NCBI GenBank assembly: GCA_965227295.1
Contig: OZ245742.1
Coordinates: 2,880,001-2,944,000 of the forward strand
Direction of reading: 5' to 3'
DNA length: 64,000 nucleotides
Source of the DNA: Leptonemataceae bacterium
GTDB lineage: Bacteria; Spirochaetota; Leptospiria; Leptospirales; Leptonemataceae
The notes beneath the pieces are model-generated. The model saw nothing but the letters and a program-made list of their open reading frames with translations, was not told the DNA's origin and did not search any database. The position numbers were made by a program, and so were the translations under genes. Shown piece after piece: positions 1-8,574 of this stretch. Position 1 is the first letter of the stretch. Each line of letters begins with the position of its first letter.

Positions 1-2962
1 CGCAGCGTGTGAAGTAGAGGTTCGTCTTCGCGCCCTCGATAATGGCATAGGCGCGACCTGTTCCGAAGTTGAAGACCTGAGCGTTGTTTACGCTGCCGAT
101 GTAGGTCGTGGACGACCAGTAAAAGCCGCTCGGTCCACCGGCGTTCGCGGGGAACTCGGTCACGTTGATCAGAGTCGGCGGTCCGTTGGTCCACTCTACG
201 ATCGACAGCAGCTCGCGAAAGTTCGGCAGGCGCCAGTCGGTGTGGCCGCCGTAGCTCAGGTTCTCGCAGACCTGCAGGGCCGCGGCCCAGTTCATGTCGT
301 GGGTGGCCGCGACCGGCAACGTACAGGTACCACCGCCGGCATCGAGAACCGTTCCCGCGCCGTTGACACTGCACTTCGTCCACTTCAGATTCGAGGTGGA
401 GTCGTACACCATGTAGTCGGTCGTGACGTTGCTGGTGGTGTAGTTCGGTGCCGGATACGCCGGGCCCGAAACGCACCGTGCCGTGCGGCTCGCGGAACCG
501 ACGGGATCGTCCTGGATGCGCGGGTAGTTGCCGGCAATGTTGAACTGTTCGCCGCCCACCAGGCCGGAGGCGTCGGCGGTCCAATAGAACGTTCCGCCGG
601 CCGTGCCGATAAAGAGGTTGGCCCCCGTATCCACGGCCGGGTTGGACAGGTTCAGGTTGTAGTGCATGAGTAACTCACGCGTGGTCGGCAGGCGCCAGGT
701 CAGGCCGGCCGTGCCCAGGGCTGCGCACGAGGTCGAGGCGGTGGTCGGATCAACGGTTCCGATACTACCCACGCCGTTTTCAAAAATGAGACCGGTCGTA
801 CTTTCCGTGACCGTGGTGTTGCCGTTCGTCGGCGTCAGCGTAAACGCTGCCGGCGTGTCCGTATAGTGTGCGTCCTGTCCGAAGGGATACGTAGCATCGC
901 CCGGGACGTAGGCGCCGGCAGAACACGTGGCATCTGCGTTCCAGGTGCCCGGCGGCGATTCATAGAAGCAGGTGGTCTGTCCGGTATCCGGCAGCATCGA
1001 CGTGACCACGCCGTTCACGACCAGCGCCTTGTTCGCGCCCAGCGATCCAGCCGCGCCGGGCGATGCGAGCAGAACCGTGGCATCGTTACCTGCGGCATCC
1101 TGAATCATTGCCGGCGCTGTCACTACCAGTGCGTTCGACGCCTGGTAGTCGAGGTCCGCCGACGAATGGCCCACGGCGACGGTATAATCGAACTCGGCGG
1201 TATCGCCGCCGGTGGTCGTGGTATAGTTTACGGTGGCGTCGGTGGCCCCGGTTTCCAGGGTGATCGTTACCGAACCGCCGCCGACGGTTACGGTGATGGG
1301 TTCGCTGAACTGCACCTGTACGGTAATGGTTCCGCCGGCGCCGTATGTCGCGTCCGCCGTACTGGATGTTACGTTCGAAACGGTCGGCGGCACGCCGTCG
1401 ATGACGATGGCTTTGTTGTTGCCGAGGGACCCGGCCGCGGCCGGCGCGGGCAGCGTGAGCACGGCGTTGTTTGCGGAGCCGTCCTGAATCGTGCCGCCGT
1501 TGGCCACCAGGGCGGCGGTGCTGATGTAATCCAGGTCCGCGGCGACGTGCGGGTTCGCGACGGTAAACGTGAAGTTCATGGTGTCACCGCCGGTCACCGT
1601 GGTGAACGAGGCGTTCACGTCGGTGCCGCCGGTCTCCAGTGTAATGTACGGAGTTCCGCCGCCGGTGTTGACCGTGATGTTCTCGGTGAATTGTACCTGC
1701 ACGTTGATGACACTGCCGATGCCGTATGTCGCGTCCGCCGTCGTCGACGTTACGTTCGCGACAGTCGGTGCCGTGAAGTCGCCGGTGGTGTAGCCCGGGC
1801 TCTGGTTGAACGCCGCGCCGAGCGCGTTGCCGGCCGCATCCTGCGCCGCCGTCGTCACATTGATGCGGTACTCAATGAGATCGAGATGATTGCCCGCCGG
1901 CGTGAACGTATACGTGATGCTGTCGCTGGTGCTGACCGTGAAGCCCTTGCACGTTGCGAAACCCGGCCCGACCTGCACCTGAATTGACCCGACGCACGCG
2001 CCGTCCGAAGTCGCGCCGCCGATGGTGCCGTTGGTCATGGGTTCGCTGAATGTAACGCTGACCGTCTGGTTCAGCGCGATGCCGGAGGCGCTGCTGACGG
2101 GGCTGACGCTTACGACCGTGGGGCCGACCGTATCGTTGGAAGTCGCCGTGGTCTGCGCACCCGGGCCGGCGCCCGGCGCGAAGTTACCGGCGGTATCGTA
2201 GGCGAAGATGGTATAGCAGTACTGTTGACCATGGGTGAGACCGGTGTCCGTGAAGCTCGTACCGCCGCTGTTGTACACGACCGTGGCCGCGCCGTCGTTC
2301 GGATCGGTGGTGCACACGGCGCCGAGGACGCGCAGGACCCTGACACCGGCGAAGTCGGAGTCCGTGGGGTTCGTCCAGTTGACGTCGATGTCGCCGTTGG
2401 CCTGGGGCGCGGAGCCGGCCACGGTGACGTCCGCGGGCGCAGTGGTGTCCGCCGGGGCCGCAGTCGTAAACTCAAGGACCGTTTGCGCTCCCAGCGGCTG
2501 ACCGTCGATGCTGCTTACCGCGGCGGTGATGCGCAGCCGGTATGTTGTGTTTGACGCGAGATCCGCCAGGGGTTGAAACAGCAGGCGGGGATTCCGTGAA
2601 AGGTCCACCGACATGCCGACGCAGGACGCGAAATTGTCCGGGCTGAGCTGGATGCTTCCGCTGCAATCCCCGTCGCTGTCCTGGACGGTGACGGTGTTCG
2701 GGTCGACCTGGCGATTGAACTCCATCTCGACGTTGGAGTTGACCGCCACGTCGCTGGTGGAACTTGCCGGTGTTACGACCAGAATGGCGAACGTAACGTC
2801 GCCGAGGAAGGAAGATAGGAGCCAGAAAGCGGGCGAGCCCGGATCCGTAATGTCCGATGAGTTGCGCTTAAAGTAGAGACACTGTGTTGCAACGAGGAAA
2901 AGCAGTACCAGTCCCGCTAACATACGGGGAATTTTCCGTTGGGCTGTCTTGCGGATACTCAT
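1..2962 (-). CDS. Large surface lipoprotein with Ig-like/FN3-like domains, two 127-aa repeats and two C-terminal DUF1566 (Lcl-C-like) domains; 3' end truncated by the window edge
   Basis: Manual minus-strand translation from ATG 2962: MSIRKTAQRKIPRMLAGLVLLFLVATQC (spirochaetal lipobox-like), open to base 1. Contains PTVVSVSP...VSVTFSEPM (Big-like), LPDTGQTTC, WRLPTTREL and DWRLPNFRELLSIV...FYWSSTT (DUF1566 hallmarks). Not in the ORF track because it has no stop in the window. Confidence 0.88.
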   Translation of the reverse strand, partial: MSIRKTAQRKIPRMLAGLVLLFLVATQCLYFKRNSSDITDPGSPAFWLLSSFLGDVTFAILVVTPASSTSDVAVNSNVEMEFNRQVDPNTVTVQDSDGDCSGSIQLSPDNFASCVGMSVDLSRNPRLLFQPLADLASNTTYRLRITAAVSSIDGQPLGAQTVLEFTTAAPADTTAPADVTVAGSAPQANGDIDVNWTNPTDSDFAGVRVLRVLGAVCTTDPNDGAATVVYNSGGTSFTDTGLTHGQQYCYTIFAYDTAGNFAPGAGPGAQTTATSNDTVGPTVVSVSPVSSASGIALNQTVSVTFSEPMTNGTIGGATSDGACVGSIQVQVGPGFATCKGFTVSTSDSITYTFTPAGNHLDLIEYRINVTTAAQDAAGNALGAAFNQSPGYTTGDFTAPTVANVTSTTADATYGIGSVINVQVQFTENITVNTGGGTPYITLETGGTDVNASFTTVTGGDTMNFTFTVANPHVAADLDYISTAALVANGGTIQDGSANNAVLTLPAPAAAGSLGNNKAIVIDGVPPTVSNVTSSTADATYGAGGTITVQVQFSEPITVTVGGGSVTITLETGATDATVNYTTTTGGDTAEFDYTVAVGHSSADLDYQASNALVVTAPAMIQDAAGNDATVLLASPGAAGSLGANKALVVNGVVTSMLPDTGQTTCFYESPPGTWNADATCSAGAYVPGDATYPFGQDAHYTDTPAAFTLTPTNGNTTVTESTTGLIFENGVGSIGTVDPTTASTSCAALGTAGLTWRLPTTRELLMHYNLNLSNPAVDTGANLFIGTAGGTFYWTADASGLVGGEQFNIAGNYPRIQDDPVGSASRTARCVSGPAYPAPNYTTSNVTTDYMVYDSTSNLKWTKCSVNGAGTVLDAGGGTCTLPVAATHDMNWAAALQVCENLSYGGHTDWRLPNFRELLSIVEWTNGPPTLINVTEFPANAGGPSGFYWSSTTYIGSVNNAQVFNFGTGRAYAIIEGAKTNLYFTRC
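1012..1773 (-). repeat. Two tandem intragenic repeats with 381-bp (127-aa) period
   Basis: CCGTATGTCGCGTCCGCCGT at 1341 and 1722; peptide repeat PTVxNVTSxTADATYG...ITLETGxTD...ADLDY...AAGSLGxNKA. Boundaries approximate. Confidence 0.85.
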
Positions 2963-3173
2963 GCCGATGGACTGTGAAACAGTTGGATATAGTATTGGAC
3001 GGCACTGCTACGGTACGGGCCATTACTTTTTGATGATCTTCGCCGTGCCCCCGGTTTTTCAGCGAAAAACACGAGAACTTTGATGTACGGGCGTATGATC
3101 CTGACGTTTTGCTTATGAATATTTGTGTTTTTGTAGGGTATTGTGCCCTATGCGGTAACTGGAAAGTTTGCAC

Positions 3174-4268
3174 ATGACAATGCACCTGAGAAAGGCCGGG
3201 CGGGTCGTCGACGGCGAGATGCATCTCGCCGATCTGGATCTCAGCCTCGAAGACGGCGGCTTTTACGTCGTGCTCGGGCAAACCCTGGCCGGCAAGACCT
3301 CGTTGTTGCGCGTTCTTGCGGGCCTGGACGCCGTCCACAGCGGCGAGTTCTTCGAAAGCAACGGATTAAGTTCCGAGAAAATAAACTTAGCAAACGTGGA
3401 TGTGCGGCGACGCAACGTGGCGTTCGTGTACCAGGCCTTTGTGAACTATCCGTCGCTCTCGGTCTTTGAAAACATTGCGTCACCGTTGCGCGTGGCCGGC
3501 GTTCCGGCGGAGGAACTCCAGGATCGCGTGCGCGCCGCGGCCCGGCTGCTCCATATCGAAGAGCTCCTGGATCGCCTGCCGGGCGAACTGAGCGGGGGCC
3601 AGCAGCAGCGTGTGGCCATCGCCCGGGCCCTGGTGAAACGGGCGCGCTTAACTTTACTCGATGAGCCCTTTGCGAACCTGGACTACAAGCTTCGGGAACG
3701 CCTGCGTCGGGAACTACGGACGATCTTTGCGCAGTCCTCGGCGCAGGGCGGTCGGCAGGAACAGGGCATTGCCGTGTACGCCACGTCGGACCCGGCGGAG
3801 GCGTTGATGTTTGGTGAACACGCCGGCTTGATTGTTCTCGACGCCGGGCGTATCGTCGCGCAGGGACCGGCGCTGGAGATCTACGAACGTCCGCCGAACC
3901 TGCGAGCCGCGGTCTTGCTCAGTGATCCGCCCATGAATCTGTTGCCGGTGCCGCAGGAATGGCGGGCGATTTTTTCCGGTGTCCACCAGTTTGGTGTCCG
4001 GGCGCACAAAATCCAACTGCGGCGCGGGCACGCGGTCGGGAGCAACGAAAATGAGTTGCGGCTACAGGGCACGGTGGACCTGGGCGAGGTGGGCGGTTCC
4101 GAAACTTTCGTGCATGTGAAGTTAACGGACGTCGCCTTTCCGGATGCCGGCTTGATCGTCCGCCTGGACGGGCCGGTGCATTTCGCCCTCGATGAGGCGG
4201 TGACGTGCGTTCTGAACCCTCGGTACCTTTTTCGTTTTCGGGAGGACGGGACGGCCTATGGACGATGA
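3174..4268 (+). CDS. glpS: Glycerol-type ABC transporter ATP-binding subunit (GlpS-like)
   Basis: Walker A GQTLAGKTS, VYQAFVNYPSLSVFENIASPL, LSGGQQQR, LLDEPFANLDYKLRE; typical of Rhizobium-type GlpS. Confidence 0.85.
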   Translation: MTMHLRKAGRVVDGEMHLADLDLSLEDGGFYVVLGQTLAGKTSLLRVLAGLDAVHSGEFFESNGLSSEKINLANVDVRRRNVAFVYQAFVNYPSLSVFENIASPLRVAGVPAEELQDRVRAAARLLHIEELLDRLPGELSGGQQQRVAIARALVKRARLTLLDEPFANLDYKLRERLRRELRTIFAQSSAQGGRQEQGIAVYATSDPAEALMFGEHAGLIVLDAGRIVAQGPALEIYERPPNLRAAVLLSDPPMNLLPVPQEWRAIFSGVHQFGVRAHKIQLRRGHAVGSNENELRLQGTVDLGEVGGSETFVHVKLTDVAFPDAGLIVRLDGPVHFALDEAVTCVLNPRYLFRFREDGTAYGR

Positions 4269-4515
4269 TTTTTCGAACAGCGGCTGGACGGAGAAGGGCC
4301 GCACGAACGTCTTCGACTGCGGCTGGTTCCGGGTGGATCGCCAGGACCGCGTGTCGCAGAGCAGCGGGGTGGAACACGATTTTTATTTGATCAAGACGGC
4401 GGACCGGGTGAACGTCATTCCCGTTCGCAGCGACGGTTGCGCTTTGATTCGCAACGGGGAAATCAACAACGCCATTGCCATCGCCGTCCTGCATCTCTGG
4501 CTGGCCGATCGCTGA
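4258..4515 (+). pseudogene. Nudix (ADP-ribose pyrophosphatase-like) remnant with the central Nudix box deleted in frame
   Basis: N-term WxxxxRxxVFxxGWFRV...GVEHDFYLI...DRVNVIPV..DG joined directly to C-term LIRNGEINNAIAIAVL; no GX5EX7REUXEEXGU motif; only 85 aa. Confidence 0.55.
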
Positions 4516-5508
4516 TTATGCCGTAACCACCCGGTTTTTGCCGCTCGCCTTGGCCGCATAGAGCGCGCGGTCCGCGTGGAGAAAAAGCTCCCCGGGGTCC
4601 GTGGCATGTTTGGGATACGCAGCAATGCCCGCGCTGATCGTAACATGGCCGTGGGCGAAAACGTGGGCGCCCATGCGTTCGACGACGCGCCGGGCCACCA
4701 GGGCGGCCTTTTCGGCGCCGGTCTCGGGCAGGATGGCGATGAACTCCTCGCCGCCGTACCGGCACGCCGTATCCTCGTCGCGCATGCTTTCTTTTAGAAT
4801 CTTCCCAACGTAACTTAAGATCTCGTCCCCGGCGGCGTGGCCGTGACGATCGTTGTACTGTTTGAAGTCGTCCACGTCGAACAAGACCAGGGCGAACTCG
4901 TGATTGTGACGATTCGCGCGATTGACCTCCCGGGCCAGGCTGCGGTCGAAGTAGCGCCGGTTGTAGAGCCCCGTGAGTTCGTCGGTGAGCGAGGAGCGCA
5001 TGACCTCGTCGAAGAGCGAGATCTCGATGACCTTGGGCGAACGCAGGATGCGGTTGCGGTCGATGAAGTAGTCCAGCATGGCCGTGCGGAAACTCACGCG
5101 CCGTTCGAGGCTGCTGCTCATCATCTCGCGGTGTTTTAGAATATTCTCCCAGTGTTCGAGGGCCTCTTCGGCGCTGAAGTCGTAGTGCACGAGAACGCGA
5201 AAGAGATCCGAGTAAAAATCCTCGCCGGAGCTGCGGCGCAGCGCTTCCAGTTCCTGGAGGATGGCCGTTTCGTTGTTCGTGTCCTCGGAGAGGATCGTCT
5301 TGATGCGTTCTTCCAGGGGGATGTCGCCGGTCTTCAGCTCGTCGATTTCCCGATAGAGGCGTTTCATCTCCTCGCGCGACAGGTCCTGGACGCGTTCGTG
5401 GGCCTCCAGCATGCGGTCGGCTTCGAGCAATTCCTCGCGGCTGTAGAGGGTCAGCTTCTCGTACGCGTCGATGATCCGCTGTAGTCGATCGATTTCGGCC
5501 CTGGACAT
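4516..5508 (-). CDS. Diguanylate cyclase (GGDEF) with N-terminal helical region
   Basis: TDELTGLYNRRYF, DVDDFKQYNDRHGHAAGD, RYGGEEF, ADRALYAAKASGKNRV. Confidence 0.95.
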   Translation of the reverse strand: MSRAEIDRLQRIIDAYEKLTLYSREELLEADRMLEAHERVQDLSREEMKRLYREIDELKTGDIPLEERIKTILSEDTNNETAILQELEALRRSSGEDFYSDLFRVLVHYDFSAEEALEHWENILKHREMMSSSLERRVSFRTAMLDYFIDRNRILRSPKVIEISLFDEVMRSSLTDELTGLYNRRYFDRSLAREVNRANRHNHEFALVLFDVDDFKQYNDRHGHAAGDEILSYVGKILKESMRDEDTACRYGGEEFIAILPETGAEKAALVARRVVERMGAHVFAHGHVTISAGIAAYPKHATDPGELFLHADRALYAAKASGKNRVVTA

Positions 5509-5611
5509 GGGTGAATTCTACGGAAGCCGCAGATGCACGCAAGCGTTTCCCGTTGCAAAAATGAAGGGGAGCGGTACGAATGTACGAATTCTTCTCGAAG
5601 CCTTGTTTGTT

Positions 5612-6685
5612 ATGGCCACCATCGAGTTCCACAACGTTGAGCATGAATACGTTCCCGGCACGTCGGCGCTCCGGTTGCCGGAACTCGTCTTTGAAGACGG
5701 CGGGGCCTATGCGCTGCTCGGGCCGTCCGGCTGCGGCAAGTCCACGACGTTGAATCTCGTCTCGGGTCTCCTGCGACCCACCCGTGGCAGCATAACATTC
5801 GACGGCAGCGACGTGCGGGAACTCGATCCCCGGGAACGGAACGTCGCGCAGATGTTTCAGTTCCCGGTGGTCTACGATACCATGACCGTCTACGATAACC
5901 TGGCCTTCCCGCTGCGCAATCGGCGGGTGCCTCGCGCGGAGATCGAACGCACGGTGCGGGAAACGGCGGAGCTGCTGGAACTGGAACGGCTGTTGTCCGA
6001 ACGCGCCGCCTCGTTAGGTGCGGACGGCAAACAGTTAGTATCTCTGGGGCGCGGCCTGGTGCGCCGGGACACGGCGGCGATGCTGCTCGACGAACCGCTT
6101 ACCGTCATCGATCCGGAGCGCCGTTGGGTCCTGCGACGTACCCTGAAACGCGCGGTCGAGCGCTATCGCATCACGATGATCTACGTCACCCACGATCAAA
6201 TGGAAGCGTTGACTTTCGCCGACGAGATCTTTGTCATGAACGCGGGCGAGGTCTTGCAGCGCGGCGATGCGGGCTCGTTGTTCGAGCGGCCGGCGCACGA
6301 GTTTGTCGGACGCTTCATCGGCAGTCCGGGCATGAACTTCTTTCCCTGCACGCTGGAAGGCGCAACGGCAGTCCTGGCCGGGGGATTGCGCCTTCCCCTC
6401 CGTAACCCCAACGTTCCCGGTGACGGCGAGTGGACCGTGGGCATTCGCCCGGAGTTCCTGGAGATCGTCCTCGATGCGGGGGACGCGCGGCCCCATCTTC
6501 CGGCGACTGTTGTCGATGTCGAACATCACGGCGCCTATCGTTTGTTGCATACGGAACTGGGACCGCAGAAACTGGAATGTATCGTGCGCTGGAACGACAC
6601 GGCGGCGGATGTTCCGCCATCCGGGACGGAGATCCGGGTCCGGTTCCCGGAGGAACGATTGAGCTTCTTCCCGGTGAGTGTTTAA
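5612..6685 (+). CDS. glpT: Glycerol-type ABC transporter ATP-binding subunit (rhizobial GlpT-like, not the E. coli MFS GlpT)
   Basis: GPSGCGKST, QFPVVYDTMTVYDNLAFPLRNR, degenerate signature LGADGKQLVSLGRGLVR, LDEPLTVIDP; start taken at ATG 5612. Confidence 0.85.
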   Translation: MATIEFHNVEHEYVPGTSALRLPELVFEDGGAYALLGPSGCGKSTTLNLVSGLLRPTRGSITFDGSDVRELDPRERNVAQMFQFPVVYDTMTVYDNLAFPLRNRRVPRAEIERTVRETAELLELERLLSERAASLGADGKQLVSLGRGLVRRDTAAMLLDEPLTVIDPERRWVLRRTLKRAVERYRITMIYVTHDQMEALTFADEIFVMNAGEVLQRGDAGSLFERPAHEFVGRFIGSPGMNFFPCTLEGATAVLAGGLRLPLRNPNVPGDGEWTVGIRPEFLEIVLDAGDARPHLPATVVDVEHHGAYRLLHTELGPQKLECIVRWNDTAADVPPSGTEIRVRFPEERLSFFPVSV

Positions 6686-6731
6686 GATTGTTTCTGGACG
6701 AACTTAGCGCGGCCTGAGACAACGACGGCGT

Positions 6732-7571
6732 ATGCTGGGAGCCATTGCAGGAGACATCATCGGCAGCATCTACGAGGCGAAGGACCGGGCCATCAAGAGC
6801 ACGGACTTCCCGTTGTTTTCAGCGGAGTCGCGCTTTACGGACGACACGGTGCTTACGATCGCCGCCGCCGAGTGCCAGTTGAAGTTCGGGCGTGAGGGCA
6901 TTGACTTCGGCGACAGCTCCGCTCTCAAAGAGGCCGCCCGACTCTACGCGCACACCATGCAGATCTACGGCCGGCGCTTTCCGAACGCCGGTTACGGCGC
7001 GAACTTTCGCCGCTGGATCTTTGCCGATGTTCCGCAGCCCTACGGCAGCTTCGGCAACGGAGCGGCCATGCGTGTGAGTCCCATCGCCTTCGCCGGAGTG
7101 GCGCGCAAACAATCCCTCGACGATACCCTGGCCGACGCCCGGCTGAGCGCGGCGATCACCCACGATCATGAAGACGGCCACCGCGGCGCGCGGGCCGTGG
7201 CGGCAGTCATTCATCTGGCGCGGAACGGCAAAGACAAAGACGCCATCCGCGCGGCGGTCAGTGAGCGCTTTGAGTACGATCTTACGCGGACGACCGAGGA
7301 AATCCGTAAGGATTATTCATTCGATGTTAGTGCCCAGGGGAGCGTGCCCGAGGCGATGCTCTGTTTTCTGGAAAGCAGCGACTTCGAAACCGCCGTCCGC
7401 CTCGCGGTCTCCCTGGGCGGCGATGCCGACACCCAGGCCTGCATGGCCGGAGCCATGGCCCAGGCGTTCTACGGCCCCGTGCCGGATGCCATCGCCCACG
7501 AAGTGCACGAACGATTGCCGCCGGAGTTTCGCGGCGTACTGGAACGTTTCGAAGAGATGTTCGGGGAATAG
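6732..7571 (+). CDS. ADP-ribosylglycohydrolase (DraG/ARH family)
   Basis: MLGAIAGDIIGS, FTDDT, SFGNGAAMRVSP, ITH, GGDADT. Confidence 0.92.
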   Translation: MLGAIAGDIIGSIYEAKDRAIKSTDFPLFSAESRFTDDTVLTIAAAECQLKFGREGIDFGDSSALKEAARLYAHTMQIYGRRFPNAGYGANFRRWIFADVPQPYGSFGNGAAMRVSPIAFAGVARKQSLDDTLADARLSAAITHDHEDGHRGARAVAAVIHLARNGKDKDAIRAAVSERFEYDLTRTTEEIRKDYSFDVSAQGSVPEAMLCFLESSDFETAVRLAVSLGGDADTQACMAGAMAQAFYGPVPDAIAHEVHERLPPEFRGVLERFEEMFGE

Positions 7572-7638
7572 GCCGTCGCAACCCGCGCACCCTGTGATTT
7601 TTCTTGCGCGCCGCCGGCCCGCGCGCATACATGCGTCC

Positions 7639-8520
7639 GTGCGTAAGACCGAGGACAACCGCGCCTGGTTTCTGGTATTACCGGTATTGATCGTGGTCGC
7701 CTTCAGCGCCGTCGTGCCGCTGATCACCGTGGTGAACTACAGCGTGCAGGACATACTGGGACCGGACCAGCGCTTGTTCACCGGCTTCCAGTGGTATCGC
7801 GAGGTGCTGCGGAATCCGGAGGTGCACGCCGCCTTCGGCCGACAGCTAATGTTCAGTGGATGCGTGTTAGCGATCGAGATCCCCCTGGGCATCGGCGTGG
7901 CGTTGCTCCTGCCCCGGAGCGGGCGCGCCGTGGGGCCGTGCCTGGTGCTGTTGGCCCTGCCGCTTTTGATCCCCTACAACGTCGTCGGTACCATCTTTCA
8001 AATTCTCTGCCGCACGGACATCGGCCTGCTCGGCGCCGCTCTGGCCGGCCTGGGCTTCGACTACAACTACAGCAGCGATCCCTTCGACGCCTGGTGGACC
8101 GTGGTAATGCTGGACGTCTGGCACTGGACGCCGCTGGTCGCGTTGTTGTGCTACGCGGCCCTGCGCTCGATCCCCGCAGCCTACTACCAGGCCGCGTCCA
8201 TCGACGGCGCGAGCGGCCCGGCCACGTTCCGGTACATTCAGTTACCGAAAATGAAAGGCGTGCTCATCATCGCGATCCTGCTACGGTTCATGGATTCGTT
8301 CATGATCTACACCGAACCCTTCGTGCTGACCGGCGGCGGGCCGGGCAACGCGACCACCTTTCTTTCGCAGATGCTCGCGCGCATGGCCGTGGGGCAGTTC
8401 GATCTCGGTCGCTCGGCGGCCTTTTCCCTGGTGTACTTCGTCATGATCCTTACCGTCAGCTATGTCTTTTATACGATGATGACCGCGAAGCCGGGCGGGC
8501 GTCCGGATTCCGGCCGCTGA
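7639..8520 (+). CDS. glpP: Carbohydrate (glycerol-type) ABC transporter permease (GlpP-like)
   Basis: GTG start; NRAWFLVLPVL..VAFSAVVPLITVVNYSVQD, DVWHWTPLV, EAA-loop YYQAASIDGAS, LRFMDSFMIYTEPFVLTGGGPG. Confidence 0.88.
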   Translation: MRKTEDNRAWFLVLPVLIVVAFSAVVPLITVVNYSVQDILGPDQRLFTGFQWYREVLRNPEVHAAFGRQLMFSGCVLAIEIPLGIGVALLLPRSGRAVGPCLVLLALPLLIPYNVVGTIFQILCRTDIGLLGAALAGLGFDYNYSSDPFDAWWTVVMLDVWHWTPLVALLCYAALRSIPAAYYQAASIDGASGPATFRYIQLPKMKGVLIIAILLRFMDSFMIYTEPFVLTGGGPGNATTFLSQMLARMAVGQFDLGRSAAFSLVYFVMILTVSYVFYTMMTAKPGGRPDSGR

Positions 8521-8574
8521 ACGCGACTAATTTCTGATTGCCAGATTCTACTTGCTGGAACATAGTCCGCGAGA

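Noticed and set aside
242..2876. Plus-strand ORFs up to 373 aa
   Set aside because: Antisense shadows of the large minus-strand lipoprotein gene; no motifs.
6732..7571. ADP-ribosylglycohydrolase as toxin immunity or part of a DraT/DraG system
   Set aside because: No ADP-ribosyltransferase toxin, draT or nif genes in the window.
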